Shown in pieces: positions 31,224-45,129 of a stretch of 64,000 nucleotides of DNA; the stretch's first letter is position 1, and each line of letters begins with the position of its first letter. The notes under the pieces are model-generated. The model was given only the letters and a program-made list of their open reading frames with translations, was not told where the DNA came from and ran no database searches. Made by a program: the position numbers and the translations under genes. The stretch comes from Octopus vulgaris. Taxonomy: Eukaryota. The stretch is taken from assembly GCA_951406725.2 (NCBI GenBank), contig OX597843.1, positions 20,336,001 to 20,400,000 of the forward strand, read 5' to 3'.

Positions 31224-32235
31224 CAATTAAGAAATGTTCACACTATAATTAAAATATATATATTTCAATTAAAATAGAGGTGGACACTCAGTAAATTCCA
31301 TCTCTACAAGATCCCGGTTGATGTTGTTACTGCTTCTCATACATTCTGCGGTTAGTAGTGCTTTGTGCTACGGCGAGATAGAAATTCGCAGTTTACGGTC
31401 ATTTGATCCTTGTTCCAAAGCTGTGCTTATGAAATAAGCAAATTACAAAACTTGACTGAACAATGGATAAAGGAGATTAGAAGCTACCAGCGAGAGGGTT
31501 AGGCACTACAGGCAGCGAATAAGAGAAAAACAGCGGTAAGAAATCAGAGAAAGGGACAAATAGTACCAACAGATGATACGATCTGCCACAGAAGAAGTGC
31601 AACGCAAGGCACAATTGTAGTGAGAGAGAATGCGAGACCAAGGTAGAAGACAGGATGAGGAAAGAACAAACACAGTACAAGGAAAAACAAAGATTGTTAT
31701 TTCTGCGGAGAATGGAAAATATGAATGATATGCAGCGTGCGCAGTATCAGGACCAACAGAAAAATGTTATGTAACAGAGAAGGGAGAATATGGATGATTT
31801 GGAAAGGGCTGCTTGTCTCCAAGATCAAACAGAGAGACATCAAGATGGAGTTGCAAGTATGAATGCTGAACAGGCGTTACGTTTGCGAGATGAACTGGTG
31901 CAACGAAAGCGTGAAGGAAGACATGGACTACCACTGAACAGAGACACAATAATCCTAAACGAACCTATCGTATTGGTGATATGTACTTATATTGCGAGTT
32001 TTGTGGAGCACTGAACTTTAAATATGAATACTTCATTGCTCTGTCACGATAATAATGTGAATTTTCATTCACGGCAACTAAACCCTCAGACATTGAAGCG
32101 TTTGTGTGAGAAAATTACCAAGAGTCTGCTTTATTTCGAAATAAACATCAGCAATTACAACTGCATACCTTCCTTTACGTCACTTGGTGTGAAACTCTCT
32201 GTGCCGCAAGGAAGAGGTCTACATTGTTTCTGTAT

Positions 32236-33994
32236 TGTTGTAGAAGGATTTCGACCACCTTCCAATTGACTAAACGCGAACTGACACATTCCTATTAAAT
32301 AGACAACTGTCCAGTCTTCAGCAATTAATTGGAAAATAGTTCGCTGTGAGCCATTGATACGGAGCGTTGGATTCGATTCGCGTCGTGTAAACACTTTCTT
32401 TCCCCCTGATTACTTAAATCATATGTTCCAAACCAGGGTATAAAAGTGGCGAAGAGTTCTTCGAAGTTTGCGTTCGACGTTTAAATTTGTTTAGGATGGG
32501 TATGAAACCAAAGAAAATTCTTTAAGATAGAAGGCTTATTGGCGTCTTTCGTGCAGTTGCAACAGCAACAATAGTAACAACAACAAGAGCAACTACAACA
32601 GCAACAACAACAAAACCAAGAGTTGCTGGAATTAATGTTAAAGAAGTCTAAAAATACTTCAAGCGTGAACTTGCCAGACAGCGTACCAATCTCTATTGAA
32701 GTATTCAGTTATAATCCGGAGGAAGGTATTACCTTCTCTGCATATTTTCGAAGATACGAAGAAATTCTCAAAGAAGAATTTATGAATTGATCTGAGAGGA
32801 AAAATAGTACGACTACTTGTAAGAAAGGTATCCCTTGCCAAATACAAAAAATATAGTAATTATAGTCTGCCGAAGAAGTCAGGTGAGATTTGTTTCAATA
32901 AAAACTATTAACATTTTATCAAATGATTTAGAACTGGACGAAAATTAACTCTACAGACAGAAGCAGAAGAATGCCAGGGAAGACGAAAAAAATGAAGAAA
33001 GCGACGCACAAAATGAAATTGAACAAAAAAATTGCTCTCATATTCCAGTGTCTCCACCGTAACGGATAAGAAATAAGAGAAATTAATGTCAAGATCGAAT
33101 CCATGTTGTGGGTGCGGTGGTCAACATTTCAAAAGTAACTGCCCGTTTCAAAATATAAAAGGCGTCAAATGTGGCAAGAGAGATCATAAAATCACACTGT
33201 AGAACAAACCTGGAAAACAGTTCAACAGAAAGAAAACACGAAAACAGGTTATCGGTGACCAAAAAACGAACAGCCTCAAAGGACATTTGTGGACGTAAAG
33301 TTGCAACTAGATAAGGGCAGTGATATCTCGATAATTAACACAGATACATAGAAAAAAAAACCCAGAAGACCTAGATTAAAAGACATTTCGAAAATTGTAG
33401 GTGGTGTTTCAGGAAAATAATTACATTTTAATGGCGTAATAATAAATCACGTTCCGTTTCGTGGGAAAACCTTAAAAACCAAAGATTTTGTGTTGAATAA
33501 TATCCCAAATTTATTCGGAACACTGAATAGAATTGTTTAACTTATGGGAACTCGCCATAAATCTTTTCAGTAAAAATGTGAATGGTTTTCTTGCCAATAC
33601 AAATGAATCGTCGGACTATTTGTAAAAATAAATTTCAAAGATTTTTCCTGAAGTTCTCTCTGATAAATTAGATCTGAGCATCACAACGAAAACGAAGTTC
33701 CAAGTAAAAGTAAATGCCAAACCGGTATTTAAATATAAGCGAACTGTAACTTTTGCATCGTGGGAACAGGTAAGCTTTTGCAGCGTTAGAAACAAATAAA
33801 CAAAATCAGAGTGTATGCTGATTTTTCCACTGGTTTAAATGAGTGACTTAAAACGTTCTACTATCAGCTACCTACCCTGGGGGATATATTTGCAAAATTA
33901 GACGGTGGCAAGGTATTTTCTTAATTGGATATCTCTAACGCGTACCTACATATTAGAATAGACGATGAATGCTATAAATACCTAAACATTAACG

Positions 33995-34040
<46 letters not shown>

Positions 34041-36151
34041 ACAGGTTACTGTGTCTTTAATGTCACACCGGCGATTTTTCAACAGCTTATAGATGCAGTG
34101 TTAGCGGATAGTAAATTTGCATTTTCATATCTGGATGATATACTCATTAAAAGCGAATCACGGAATCAACATGTAGAGCAAGGAATATATATGTTCGAAA
34201 AAATTAGGGATTACAGTGAAAAAGAAAGCGTGAATTTTCTTCTTAACGAAAATAAAATTGGACAAACAATTGAAAGAAACAGACGAGGACCAGATCCGTT
34301 GGGGGCAGACGCAATAAAAATACATGTCCCCTCCAACAAATATAACGACCTTACATGATTGCTTTGGAGACAGGCAAATTATTACCAAAATCATATTCTA
34401 ATTGTGCATAGGGTAAGTGTTACAGTAGATTATGTATTTAAAAAATGTCAATTGAAATTGCTCTGAAAATTGTCAAAGGGAATTCGACGAAATTTTAAAA
34501 TAATAACATCTGATTTGTTGTTAGCAGGCTTCGATTCTGTAGCGGAGAATGTTGTAACTTCAGATGCCTCTGAATACTGTATCGGCGCAGTAATGCTACA
34601 TAAATAAAAAGAAGGTAGCATGAAGGCGGTGGTTCATGATACCAGCAGAAAATATTACAGCCAAATCAAAAAAGAAGCTCTTGTAATTATTTTTGCCGTA
34701 AAAAATTGCATAGATTTTTACACGGCAGAAGTTTTTGAATACAGACAGATCATCGTCCGTTATTATCAGTATATGAGTAAAAGAAATAAATATCTAGCCG
34801 TACTGCTAATAGGCTGCAACGCTGGGGTACTGTATTATTAAACTATGAATTTAAGATAGAGTATATACCATCTAAAAGATTAGGACACGCTAATTGTTTA
34901 TCAAGACCGAGTTCAGAAAATGCTGAACCATTTGAAGATACCGTGATTGCTACTTTGCGAGCGGAAAACGAAATTATAAGCAAACTGTATAACTCCCCGC
35001 GTGAAATGCTATTTACGTTACAAGACATAAAATTACAATTGGGAAACGATATATTCATTAAAAAATGAAAGAAATGCAGAAGGATTAAAGAGATGAAAAA
35101 TATTCGAGCCTATCACAAGGTGTGACAATGTGCTGATGTATGCACAAAGAATCGTAGTGACTGCCACACTACAAAAGCAATTACTAAAGGAATTTCATAT
35201 TGAGTCAAAGGGATTTCGATAATGAAATCGTTAATGAGAAGTTAGGTATACTGGCCAACAACGGACTGTGTAACATTGAAGATATAGTGATAGTATGCAA
35301 TACGCTGTTCTCTAGCTCATAATACACCCGTCACGAAATGGCACCCGTGGCCAAAATCACTTAAGGTTTCATATCACTTTGTTGTGGGGGAGAGTTTTTC
35401 AACGTGGTCTGAAGTGCATAAATGTAGAAAGCCGACATCTCTGGTTACAGAGATATCTGATGTTTGTTAGAAAGATCAGATCCATCTTTGATCAGCCGAT
35501 GCCGAGTGAAAATATAAAAAAAGGAATAATATTTCAAAATTCTTCAAGTTAGGTGACAAACTTTATTAAAGACCTATACATATATTAAACAAGGCTGGGA
35601 GGGTGGTACAATTGTTAAATAAATTTCAAGAATGATATTCCTGGTAAAAGGTAAAAACAATTATCGAACATAAAAGACTTATTAACCAACTTAAAACCTG
35701 ATTCAAGGAAAAATCAGACAAAAGAAGTGAATTTCTCATGAAAGTATTGCACGACACGTTTGAGGTACCAACACAGAAACAATTTGTAATTACACGTTCT
35801 AGCACCAGAAAACGAAACGAATGGAAACACAAAAATTGAGCCCTAAGCATAAGAGATATTAAAACTCTGAGCGACTTTAATTCTCAAGTGGAGAATTTAG
35901 GGGAGACTAATTCTATAAAGGGGAGATGCTGTGGAAAGATTCTGACAACATTACAAGTGACTAAAAGTGGTCTGACACATTTCCATTACATGGAGGACTG
36001 TCTAGTCGTAAGCAATTGATTGTGAACAATTGATTGGTAAGCATTTCCCTATGATCCGTTCGCAGAGAGCATCGAGTCTCATGTAATAGTGATCGTATTG
36101 TGTTGCGTAAACAGCTTCGTTAAATTATATATCCAATACCAGGATATAGAA
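32236..36151 (+). mobile_element. Ty3/Gypsy LTR retrotransposon, copy B (LTRs 32236-32445 and 35927-36151)
   Basis: Same motifs as copy A (YLDDILI, YSQIKKEALVIIFAVK); TSD tgtat (32231-32235) / cgtat (36152-36156). Confidence 0.92.
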
Positions 36152-37965
36152 CGTATTCAGGGCCAAACTTAGCACAACATTACGAACAGTCAACGGTCGC
36201 CTGCAGTACAGTCAGTTGTATATTATTAATGCATCAAAGAGTGGAAGCAAGTCAGAACTACCAAAGCTCTTCTCAAAGAATGGGTGTCATGTGCAACAAG
36301 TAAATCCTTATGCTGAGTTATATGGGAACCTGCACTTAATTTAACAACAAGAGATTGGAGGTGCCAGGAGAGAAAATGTACAATTACGAAAGTGTGAAAT
36401 ACGTTTCGAAAGAACGGGTTATATAAGGCGCTACATTTTTTCCCCTTGCAATGAAATAACTGCACCCTGAAAACCCTAATTGCCATGAGAGAGAAAATTA
36501 TCTACAGCGAAATAAGACATTTGAAAACCGATACATCATTGAATTTCTGAAGGATATGGTGGACAGACATGTATTTGGTGTAAGAGTAACTCATGTCCGT
36601 GTCATCGAGTTTCAAAAGAGAGGGCTTTCACACTGCCATATGCTCGTAGACAAAGTGAAGATCAGAGATGATATAGACAGAATGGTACCAGAAGAAATTT
36701 CTGATTCAAATGAAAACCCCGTCTTGCATGATTTAGTTTTAAAAAATTCATGAGACTTAGACCTTGTGGTGTTGATAACCCCTCATCGCAATACATGGGG
36801 AATGGCTCTTGCCAAACAAAGTTTCCCAAGAACAACAGAAATGAGATACTACTAAATATTAATGGATATCCATAGTACCGGAGGCACAATAAGGGGATCA
36901 TATAACAAGTTGGATGCCATTCTGTTGACGACTGGTATGTCGTTCCATTCTATGCTTACCTATTAAATAAATTCCGAGCCCATATTAATGTGAAATTTGC
37001 TCATCTGTGAAAATGTCAAGTATATATGCAAGTATGTCTACAACGGTCGCGATAGCGCTTCACTTGAAGTAAGGAATGATGCAGTTGCAGACGGTGGACA
37101 GACTCAGCAACCTCATGGTTAAATCAGACATTATTTTGCGTGTGGATATGTTTCACCTTCTGAAGCCTTATGGAGAATATCTAAGTAGAAGCTGCATGAC
37201 ACGTACCACACTGTCTACAGATTAGCAGTTCACTTTGAAGACCAGCGGAGACTGAGCTTTCACAGAGGTAGCACTTAGCTACCTGCTCAAGAACAGAGAG
37301 ATCGTGACAATACTCTCACTGCATGGTTCAAACTGAATGAGTACGATTAACGGAAGTACTTCTACCCTAACGTTCCTATACTTTATGTGTTTAATGAACG
37401 TAAAAAAACCCATGATCACTCAGGAGAAGAATCAATACCATCGGCTGCAGAATGAACACTGTGAGTCCTAAGGACGTAGAAAAATTTCATTTACGATTGC
37501 TATTTTTGATGTTCCAGGTGCTAAGCGCTTTGAAGAAGTGAACACTGTAGGAGGTGAAATCTATGCAACATTTAAAGATGCGTACATATGAGTTGGTCTC
37601 CTCCAAATTGATGAGGGTTTGGAGCATACTATACTTGAAGCTACTGCGAATCGGATGCCATTTCAGTTGTGTATTACGTTTGCTGTCCTCTGCACCTATT
37701 CAAATCCTTCCAATGTACTTCGCCTGTGGAATACTGACAAGAATTCTATGATGGAAGATTATGCTCACCGAGGGCTGAATGCAGACTCTACACTCCATAA
37801 ATTCTGTGTTAATTGAAAATGGCACTAGCTGGTTTAATATTAGCTTGCTGGTACCAATTGGAATGTAACGGGTTGAGCAGAAAGATGACATGAAGCACCC
37901 ACTCATTGCAACCCTTACCAACGAGAAGAAAGGGATCGCTGATGCAGTCATTAAAGACAGTTGGT
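36152..37965 (+). pseudogene. Helitron Rep region, copy B
   Basis: RIQGQT, FGVRVTHVRVIEFQKRGLSHCHML, HINV, YICKYVYNGRDSA. Confidence 0.9.
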
Positions 37966-38455
37966 AAGAAAAGGTTGAGGTGAGATGCTGGAATCTTTCT
38001 ATTTCTCTGCAGATTTCCCGGGAGGCTGTAACTTCATAAATTCCAATTCAATCCGTACACTTCGGTAAATTTCTTATTTACTTTTGCAACGTTTTGTGTT
38101 TTCTTTTTGTTGTTGTTGACGGAATTACTGATAATTGTAAGTTCATAATTTACTGACAGGAGTAACTTCAATCATTTATCTTAAACCCGCGCACATAGTT
38201 AATTTCCCTAAAAATTTCTTAGTTACTTTTGCTCCGGTTTTTTGTTTGTCTGTTGTTAATGGATTTTTTCTGGTTCCTTCGATACTGGCACTTTGGTTCA
38301 GTTAGTGACAAATTTCGCTTCAACATGTACAATTCTTTATTCTCCGTAAAACTATCTTGTTAATGTTCTGCTCGTCGTATTAAGAAATATAATTTTCGTT
38401 ACCCAGTTATTTTCATTGTTTACTATCTTCTGCACCCGTGTATTTCTGTATAATC

Positions 38456-39050
38456 AAGCCTAGAAGGAAGGTGTCAAATTTGTCTACGATGTGAAGGTAA
38501 AGCCAAAAGAATGTCTCTGTCCAGGGAAAGAGAGACAGCTGCAGAAAGGGAAGCATACCAAGAAACGAACAGACTGTGCACTACGAAAAAACCAGAGCAT
38601 CTCAAAGTGAGGAACAGAGGTATGCACGGCTGACAAGGAATAAGATGTGCACTGCAGAACGAAGAGCATTTGCAACAGCGCAGAGAAGCAACTTCTATGG
38701 AACAGCTTTCAATGATGATCCAGCAGTTCTTTATTCAGATGACACTAGAGTTTCCAATGGTGCAATAACAACTGAATCCATTCATTGTAAGCAAGGAATT
38801 GGCTGCGAGAGACACATGCACTGTGCTGCATTGGTGGAAAAGTTAAACTCTCTGCAATCCCCCAACCTGCGGAACCATTGAAGGAACTGTTGTCATCAAC
38901 TGCCCAAGGTTTCAAGCACTTCCAGAACAAAAGTAGACAATACAATGCTGCACTACAGATGAAGTAATTTGGGGCCACGAGAGATTTAACTGAGGCAGGA
39001 TTCATGCAATCTTTCAAGATCCAAGGTTAGATGTGTCATCGGATCGGCAT
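38456..39050 (+). pseudogene. N-terminal region of a second Helitron (Zn finger and RQYN motif)
   Basis: SEEQRYARL repeats; HCKARNWLRE..LCCIGGKVKL...PAEPLKELL; RQYNAALQM; FKIQG*MCHRIG. Confidence 0.8.
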
Positions 39051-39288
39051 TTTATTTTTTTTAATCTGTACCTGTCTTTTGCTTACTAAATAAGCTAGAC
39101 AAAGTGTATTTTGAATTGCGTGTATTTATTTTATATACATATATGAGTTGAAAACTTTCTTTTAATATTTTACTTAACATCTATGTTCCATTTTGGCATA
39201 GGCTGGAGAGTTATTAATATAGAAAGTTGGTATCTCAGCTATTAGCAGTTGAGAACTGCGTAATCTAGACGGCGTTGAAAGATTGATA

Positions 39289-39364
<76 letters not shown>

Positions 39365-39389
39365 TATATAACTATAAGTTCGACAAAAA

Positions 39390-39475
39390 TTGGCTGATGA
39401 GTACTCAGCATCTTAAATCTGTTGTAATACTTACAACATTTAATAAAATAATGTAGTACGAAACGATCGTACCAA
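39390..39475 (+). ncRNA. Type I hammerhead ribozyme motif, fully canonical
   Basis: ttgg CTGATGA gtact...agtac GAAA cgatcg TA ccaa. Helix I 4 bp, helix II 5 bp, palindrome acgatcgt, GUA site. Confidence 0.9.
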
Positions 39476-39995
39476 ATTACCGGAGTCATTCTTGGTGCTT
39501 ATTTTGAGTATATATAATTATATATATTTTACAATTATATATAATTTTGCCTGAGTAATCATTTGCCTCTCCTCCCTGTTTTCGTCTTTCTTTTCTACTA
39601 CTTTCTTTTCCCTCTAAGCAGTTATGAAAGCGAAAGCTCATTACGTCACTTTATTTAAAGAGGAACGCAAGATTTCCTCGTTAATATTTGAATCTTTTGC
39701 ATGTCTGCAGTCTTATTTGTATTTTATTCGTTCCCCAAATAGATGGCGATATAACAACATGCCAGATGACACTCGAAATCTTTAGTCACACACAACTTTA
39801 TCGATGTGCCTGATGGGATCCAGACTGATCGATGCTACACAACCCGTTGAACAGAGTCCCACACATAAAGGACAATAGCAAGACGGGACGAAACGAAAGT
39901 TGTACAGAATAAAATTTAATACCAGATCCATCATTTCGTTACTTAATATAATTATGTATACACAAATACATACAAACACGCAAACAGATATATAC

Positions 39996-40049
<54 letters not shown>

Positions 40050-40053
<4 letters not shown>

Positions 40054-41990
40054 CTGGGCCGGCCTGTGAAACGCACCGACTAAGCAATTTTCTAGACACC
40101 CTACTGAAACCCTTGCTGAAATACATCAAAAGTTTCGTTAGGGAAAAAACAATTAATGAAGAGGCAATATTGGTTTCCCTCGATGTTATCAATCTTTACA
40201 CCAACATCTCCCATGACTTTGGAATAAAAGCAATTAAATTCTGGTTGGAAAAGTACTCCCGGAATGCATAAACTAGCTTTTTATAATTGAATCCTTAAAA
40301 TTTATACTTCATAACAATTATTTCCTCTTTGATGACACATACTATCGTCAGAAATGCGGAATTGCGATGGGAACGAAAGCCGCTCCTGTTCTTGTGAACC
40401 TCATAATGGGTTATTTTGAATTCACCTTATATGAAGTATCACTTCAGAAATATTGTTACCCATTTTACCTCTACATAAGAGAAAATTGGAAGAGATTCCT
40501 AGATGGCTGCTTTATCATCTGGAAGGAGAACATTGACAAACTCTTGTATTTCAAATCGACACTAAACAACATAAATAGTAAGATTCAATTCACATTTTTA
40601 GACATCTCCCATTTTTAGACATCATGATAAAAAAAGTTAACAATGAAATCATAATGGACATTTATTATAAACCAACTGATTCAAACCAATAGCTTCTCTT
40701 TAACTCATACCACCCGAAACACATCAAAATAAACTTCCCTTTCAATTTGGCAAAAAGGATCTGCACAATATTGTCTGATAGAACAGCTCGAGTCCTTAGT
40801 CTTCTAGACTTCAAAACAACACTTATTGAAAGACAATATCCAACCTCACTTATCGACGAAAGAATTAAACGTGCCAAACAATTAGACACAAAAACACTAA
40901 GAACAACAAAACATAACACCACACCCCAACTCAAAACATTACTATTTATATCAACACACAACCACAGAAACAGTGAGGCATTCAACACTATTGTGCAAAC
41001 TCTTCCTTTGCTAACTAGAGATCCAAAATTGAACGACATCCTGAAAACGCACAAACTCATCAAATGCAAAAGACAAGACAAATCTCTAAAGAGATTGCTA
41101 ACGAATGCGAAGCTTTACAAAACAACCACGAAACGAACGGTTGAAAAATGTGGACGCCCAAACTGTGGAACCTGCCCCAACCTGCTTCAAGGCTCGGATT
41201 TCCTTTTCAAACAATGACAGAGGTTCACAATCAAGACTAGTTTCATTTGTGCCTCTGAGAACCTAATTTATGTAATAAAATGCTCGGGTTGCGGACACCA
41301 CTATTTTGGACAAACGGGTATGACCTTTAGAAAGAGAACCACTCTACATAAAGAGCAAATCCGTTTCCCGGAATACTGAAAATTCCTTTCAGTGAACATA
41401 TAGAAAAATGTGCAGGTAACATCAAACCAAATTTCACAGTTTTCCCTTTATACCAGTGCAAACACGCAATCTCTCAACTAGAACGTTTAAATAAAGAATA
41501 TTGTTTCATTGAAAAATACAAAACACGTCTTAATATCCACGCATAACCAACTTTTATCTTTTTACATATTTCAATTCACGATTATATTTCAGTACATAAA
41601 TCCCCAACTAAAAAATATTTTTGAAACTTGTCTGTCTGTACTCCTATATAATCCCCACCCATTACCTAAAGCTGAACTGTTAACAATAACAATAATAACG
41701 ACAACGAATTACCGCCCTTTATTTATCTACTTGTGAAGTCATTCACTCGTGAATTTCGTCACACACAATATGGACAAAATTTCTTCTTATAAAAATATAC
41801 ATTGAAATAAGTAAAACATAATATCATGAATAGCGATATCAAAACCGGTCGATATATTAAAAATTATATTAAAACTATGTAAGTGTGCGTATTTTCCTTT
41901 TTAATTTCTTATATACATTACAACTCACAACGTGGGGATAATCGAAATTCCTTTTTTCTGTTACTTAAACTACTAATATAAATAAACATT
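40050..41990 (+). mobile_element. Penelope-like element, 5'-truncated (RT + GIY-YIG)
   Basis: AGPACETHRLSNFLD, SLDVINLYTN, MGTKAAP, WKRFLDGCF, CGRPNCGTCP, NLIYVIKCSGC..YFG. Confidence 0.92.
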
Positions 41991-41996
41991 TCTCTC

Positions 41997-42074
41997 TCTA
42001 TATAAAACTGAGAATGTGTGTCTGTCTATGTGTTTCCCTAAACTTGAGAACTACACAACCAATTAAATTCAAAC
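41997..42074 (+). mobile_element. Short fragment resembling the end of a non-autonomous Helitron/DINE-like element
   Basis: tctatataaaactgagaatgtgtgtctgtctatgtg...aactacacaaccaatt pattern. Confidence 0.4.
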
Positions 42075-42101
42075 GTGGGGATAATCGAAATTCTTCTATT
42101 C

Positions 42102-42105
42102 TACT

Positions 42106-42178
<73 letters not shown>
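42102..42178. repeat. (CTA)n microsatellite
   Basis: Directly visible. Confidence 0.97.
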
Positions 42179-42367
42179 ACCAATTTATATAGGTTATGAG
42201 AGGTAATGGTGTGAAGGAGACCCAAATGTGTCAGGTACTTCTGAGTAAGTGCTATGGACAGACTATAGTGAAGCTCCAGGTTCGGTGATTATGCAAATGA
42301 GGAGTCCAACGTAGGTCATATATTAACATGCATATATATAAAATTAACGAAATGAAATAAAGATCCA

Positions 42368-42598
42368 AGGCTGTGAAAGATTTCAGGACATTTCTAGAGA
42401 GAAGACTTTACAGCTGTTTCCGGGATAGTTATGTATCTCTTCATGGGAGACGGTGCGAGAGGAGGGTTAAGCAATAGTTACTCTAGAATAACTCTTGCTT
42501 CACCATTCTCTCACACCGTCTTCAATGAAAGAATACATAAAATATCCCTGAAACAGCTGAAAGATCTCTATAAATTTTCTGAAATCTTTCACAGCCTT
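42368..42598. repeat. Imperfect ~230-bp palindrome (PLE terminal relic with degenerate hammerheads)
   Basis: aggctgtgaaagatttcag...ctgaaatctttcacagcct centred near tctaga (~42484). GAAAcagctg(T/A)A is present in both arms but CUGANGA has decayed. Confidence 0.8.
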
Positions 42599-42610
42599 CG
42601 ACTTTTATGT

Positions 42611-42658
<48 letters not shown>

Positions 42659-42835
42659 AACACACACACACGCACATTTTCAAATTTTCAAATTTCTCAA
42701 TCCCAAATTATAGATTGTCCATAAATAGTTGACCTGGATTCCGTAAAGCTATTTTTCTGTATGAAATACCCATTTTCTAGTATCTCGGCCCGAGACACAG
42801 TAGAATAACCCGATGAACGACAAGTATTACTGCGA

Positions 42836-42893
<58 letters not shown>

Positions 42894-42904
42894 GTATGTA
42901 TATA

Positions 42905-43760
42905 TACTCGGTAGTATCAAACTTTCACGGACAAACTCTATAGCGCGCCAACGCTTGGCTGCACACGATTGCATGCACAGTGACAGCGAGCAGTGACCTT
43001 CATGGAGTAGTATGCTATGCTGAGTAGCATCGATGTGTATACATCGCACGATGTGGAATTTGTATTTTCATAATGACGTGTATGAACAGGTCGGGTATGG
43101 ATGAAAGAACCAACATGGAATTTTACGTAAAAATTCGGAAGTCTGCTATAGAGAGATGAAGCATGCTTCGGCAAGCTTATAGCGACGAGACAATGGGTCG
43201 TGCATAATGTTTTGAGTGCAAAGGTGCACAACAGAATGACAGTTTAATCAAGAGCATTTTCAATATATTTCTACATCATCGGGTTGTGCATTGAGAATTC
43301 GACCCCAAGTTCAAATGAGGGATCAACTGCGACATTTTAAAGCTTTTCAAGGAGGACATTCGAGAAAACTGACTGGATTTGTGGTGCGCGAATTATTGGA
43401 TTTTTCACGACGACAATGTTCCCTGTCACCACACTCGTGGGTTTCTTGCCAAAAGCAACATGCTATCGCTTCCGTGGATGTCCTTTTTGCTAGATTCAGC
43501 ACCTGGTGACTTCCATCTCTTCCCCAAGATTAAAATACGGTTCAATGATCGAGATCAATAGGAAATTTAACACCGTTGTTGAGATCTAGACGTCCTCAAG
43601 AGGCTGGATTCCAAAAGTGTCAAGAAAGCTGGATCGGGTGTATTCGAAAAGCTTGGCGGTGTATTCCTGCACAAGGTGACTTTACCGAATGAGATGAAGT
43701 TAATATAAGTTAGTTTTATTAAATATAACTCATCCAGGAACATTACGATCCCACTTTCTA
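42905..43760 (+). mobile_element. Mariner transposon fossil, internally deleted
   Basis: RTNMEFYVK..KSA, MLRQAYSDETMGRA, FHDDNVPCH, DSAPGDFHLFPKIK (the YSPDLAP.DF.LFP.LK motif); degenerate TIRs ending in TA. Confidence 0.85.
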
Positions 43761-43912
43761 TGTATACGATGGGTTTCTTTTAGTTACCTTGAACAAATAT
43801 ACACGAGTTTGTTGTGCTGTAAGCCAGAGTACACGCAGTGGGACTGAATACAGTAGAAAATATTATTTCACATTCATGCCAACGCCTAATCGTATGTACA
43901 TATATATATATA

Positions 43913-45021
43913 TACAGGTTTCAACATGAAATTGTCACCATTACATTTTTAATTTCGCGCATGCGCATTCTTTGCTTTTGACTTTTGTCGACCACTCAGT
44001 ATAGTATGATCAGTAGGGTACCGTCTGTGAGAAAAACAGCACCATGGCTTAATTCCCTCTGCCAGAAATTTTGGAAACGACATGCTGTACTACTTGGCAT
44101 TCGCACCGAAAGATCTAATATGAACATTTCAGAGTGTTTGGGTGTCAGTCTGAGGAATGTTCAATCCGAGGACATGTACTCCGACTGATAAAAATCAAAC
44201 ATCCAGTCAACATCATGGTGTTTGGAACGATCACTAGTGATGGTGAAATTATGCTTTCACTCACGGTTTCAGAATTAAGGCGGCGAGCTGGCAGAAACTT
44301 TAGCACGTCGGGCGAAATGCTTAGCGGTATTTCGCCTACCGCTACGTTCTGATATCAAATTCCACCGCGGTCGACTTTGCCTTTCATTCTTTCGGGGTCG
44401 AGTAAATAAGTACCAGTTACGCACTGGGGTCGATATAATCGACTTAATCCGTTTGTCTGTCCTTGTTTTTCCTCTCTTTGTTTAGCCCCTTGTTGGTAGT
44501 AAAGAAATAGGTTTCAGACGGAGGTCCACATCAAGTGCCTGGGGATGGTCGTGCTTCCCTGGAGCAATGGGATGGCTGCTGGAAGACATATCTCTAGCAG
44601 GGAGACTCTGTACCATGCCATACAACCAGGAGAACCCAGCCATGGCTGTCAGACAAATTTTGCGACCACATCACCCCTAAAGTCACGCCATCTAACTCCC
44701 CAGACTGGAACCCCCTTGGTTATTATGCGTGGGGCGCAGTTGACTGAAAGGTCAGCAAAACCCCTTGTAACATCAAAGATAAACTGAATACAAGGATTAT
44801 GGCAGTATTCACGAAATTAAACAAGGTGACCGTCGAGAGGAGTTGCAGGAGATTCCGAAGTTGACCGGAAGACGTGGTTGAAGCCAATAGCGAATTTATT
44901 GAATACATTTACTTTCAAGATATTTTTCTGTTATTTTGGTAAATATACCTGTTAAAATGGGATGTCAGTGTTTTTTAATTTTTGCGTAATTTAGACGACA
45001 CTATATTTACTGTAACCTGTA
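43913..45021 (+). mobile_element. Tc1/mariner-superfamily fossil (possibly maT/DD37D type)
   Basis: Termini tacaggtt / aacctgta; KHPVNIMVFGTITSDG, DSVPCHT and SPDWNPLGYYAWG remnants. Confidence 0.75.
44279..44509 (+). mobile_element. tRNA-derived SINE inserted in the Tc1-like fossil
   Basis: ggcggcgagctggcagaaac...gtcgactttgcctttcattctttcggggtcg; 9-bp TSD ggtttcaga at 44265 and 44510. Confidence 0.9.
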
Positions 45022-45025
45022 CATA

Positions 45026-45081
<56 letters not shown>

Positions 45082-45129
45082 GTGTGTGTGTGTGTTGTGT
45101 GCGTGTGTGTTTTGTGTGAGGATGCTCTT

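Larger units (their letters stand above)
31221..39990 (+). repeat. Segmental duplication, copy B
   Basis: Collinear with 3046-11900. Lacks the SINE and CR1 insertions; has extra sequence at ~38655-39545. Confidence 0.97.

Noticed and set aside
41795-41860. Hammerhead expected at the 3' end of the PLE (tatc aaaa ccgg tc)
   Set aside because: Both CUGANGA and GAAA are decayed; cannot be supported.
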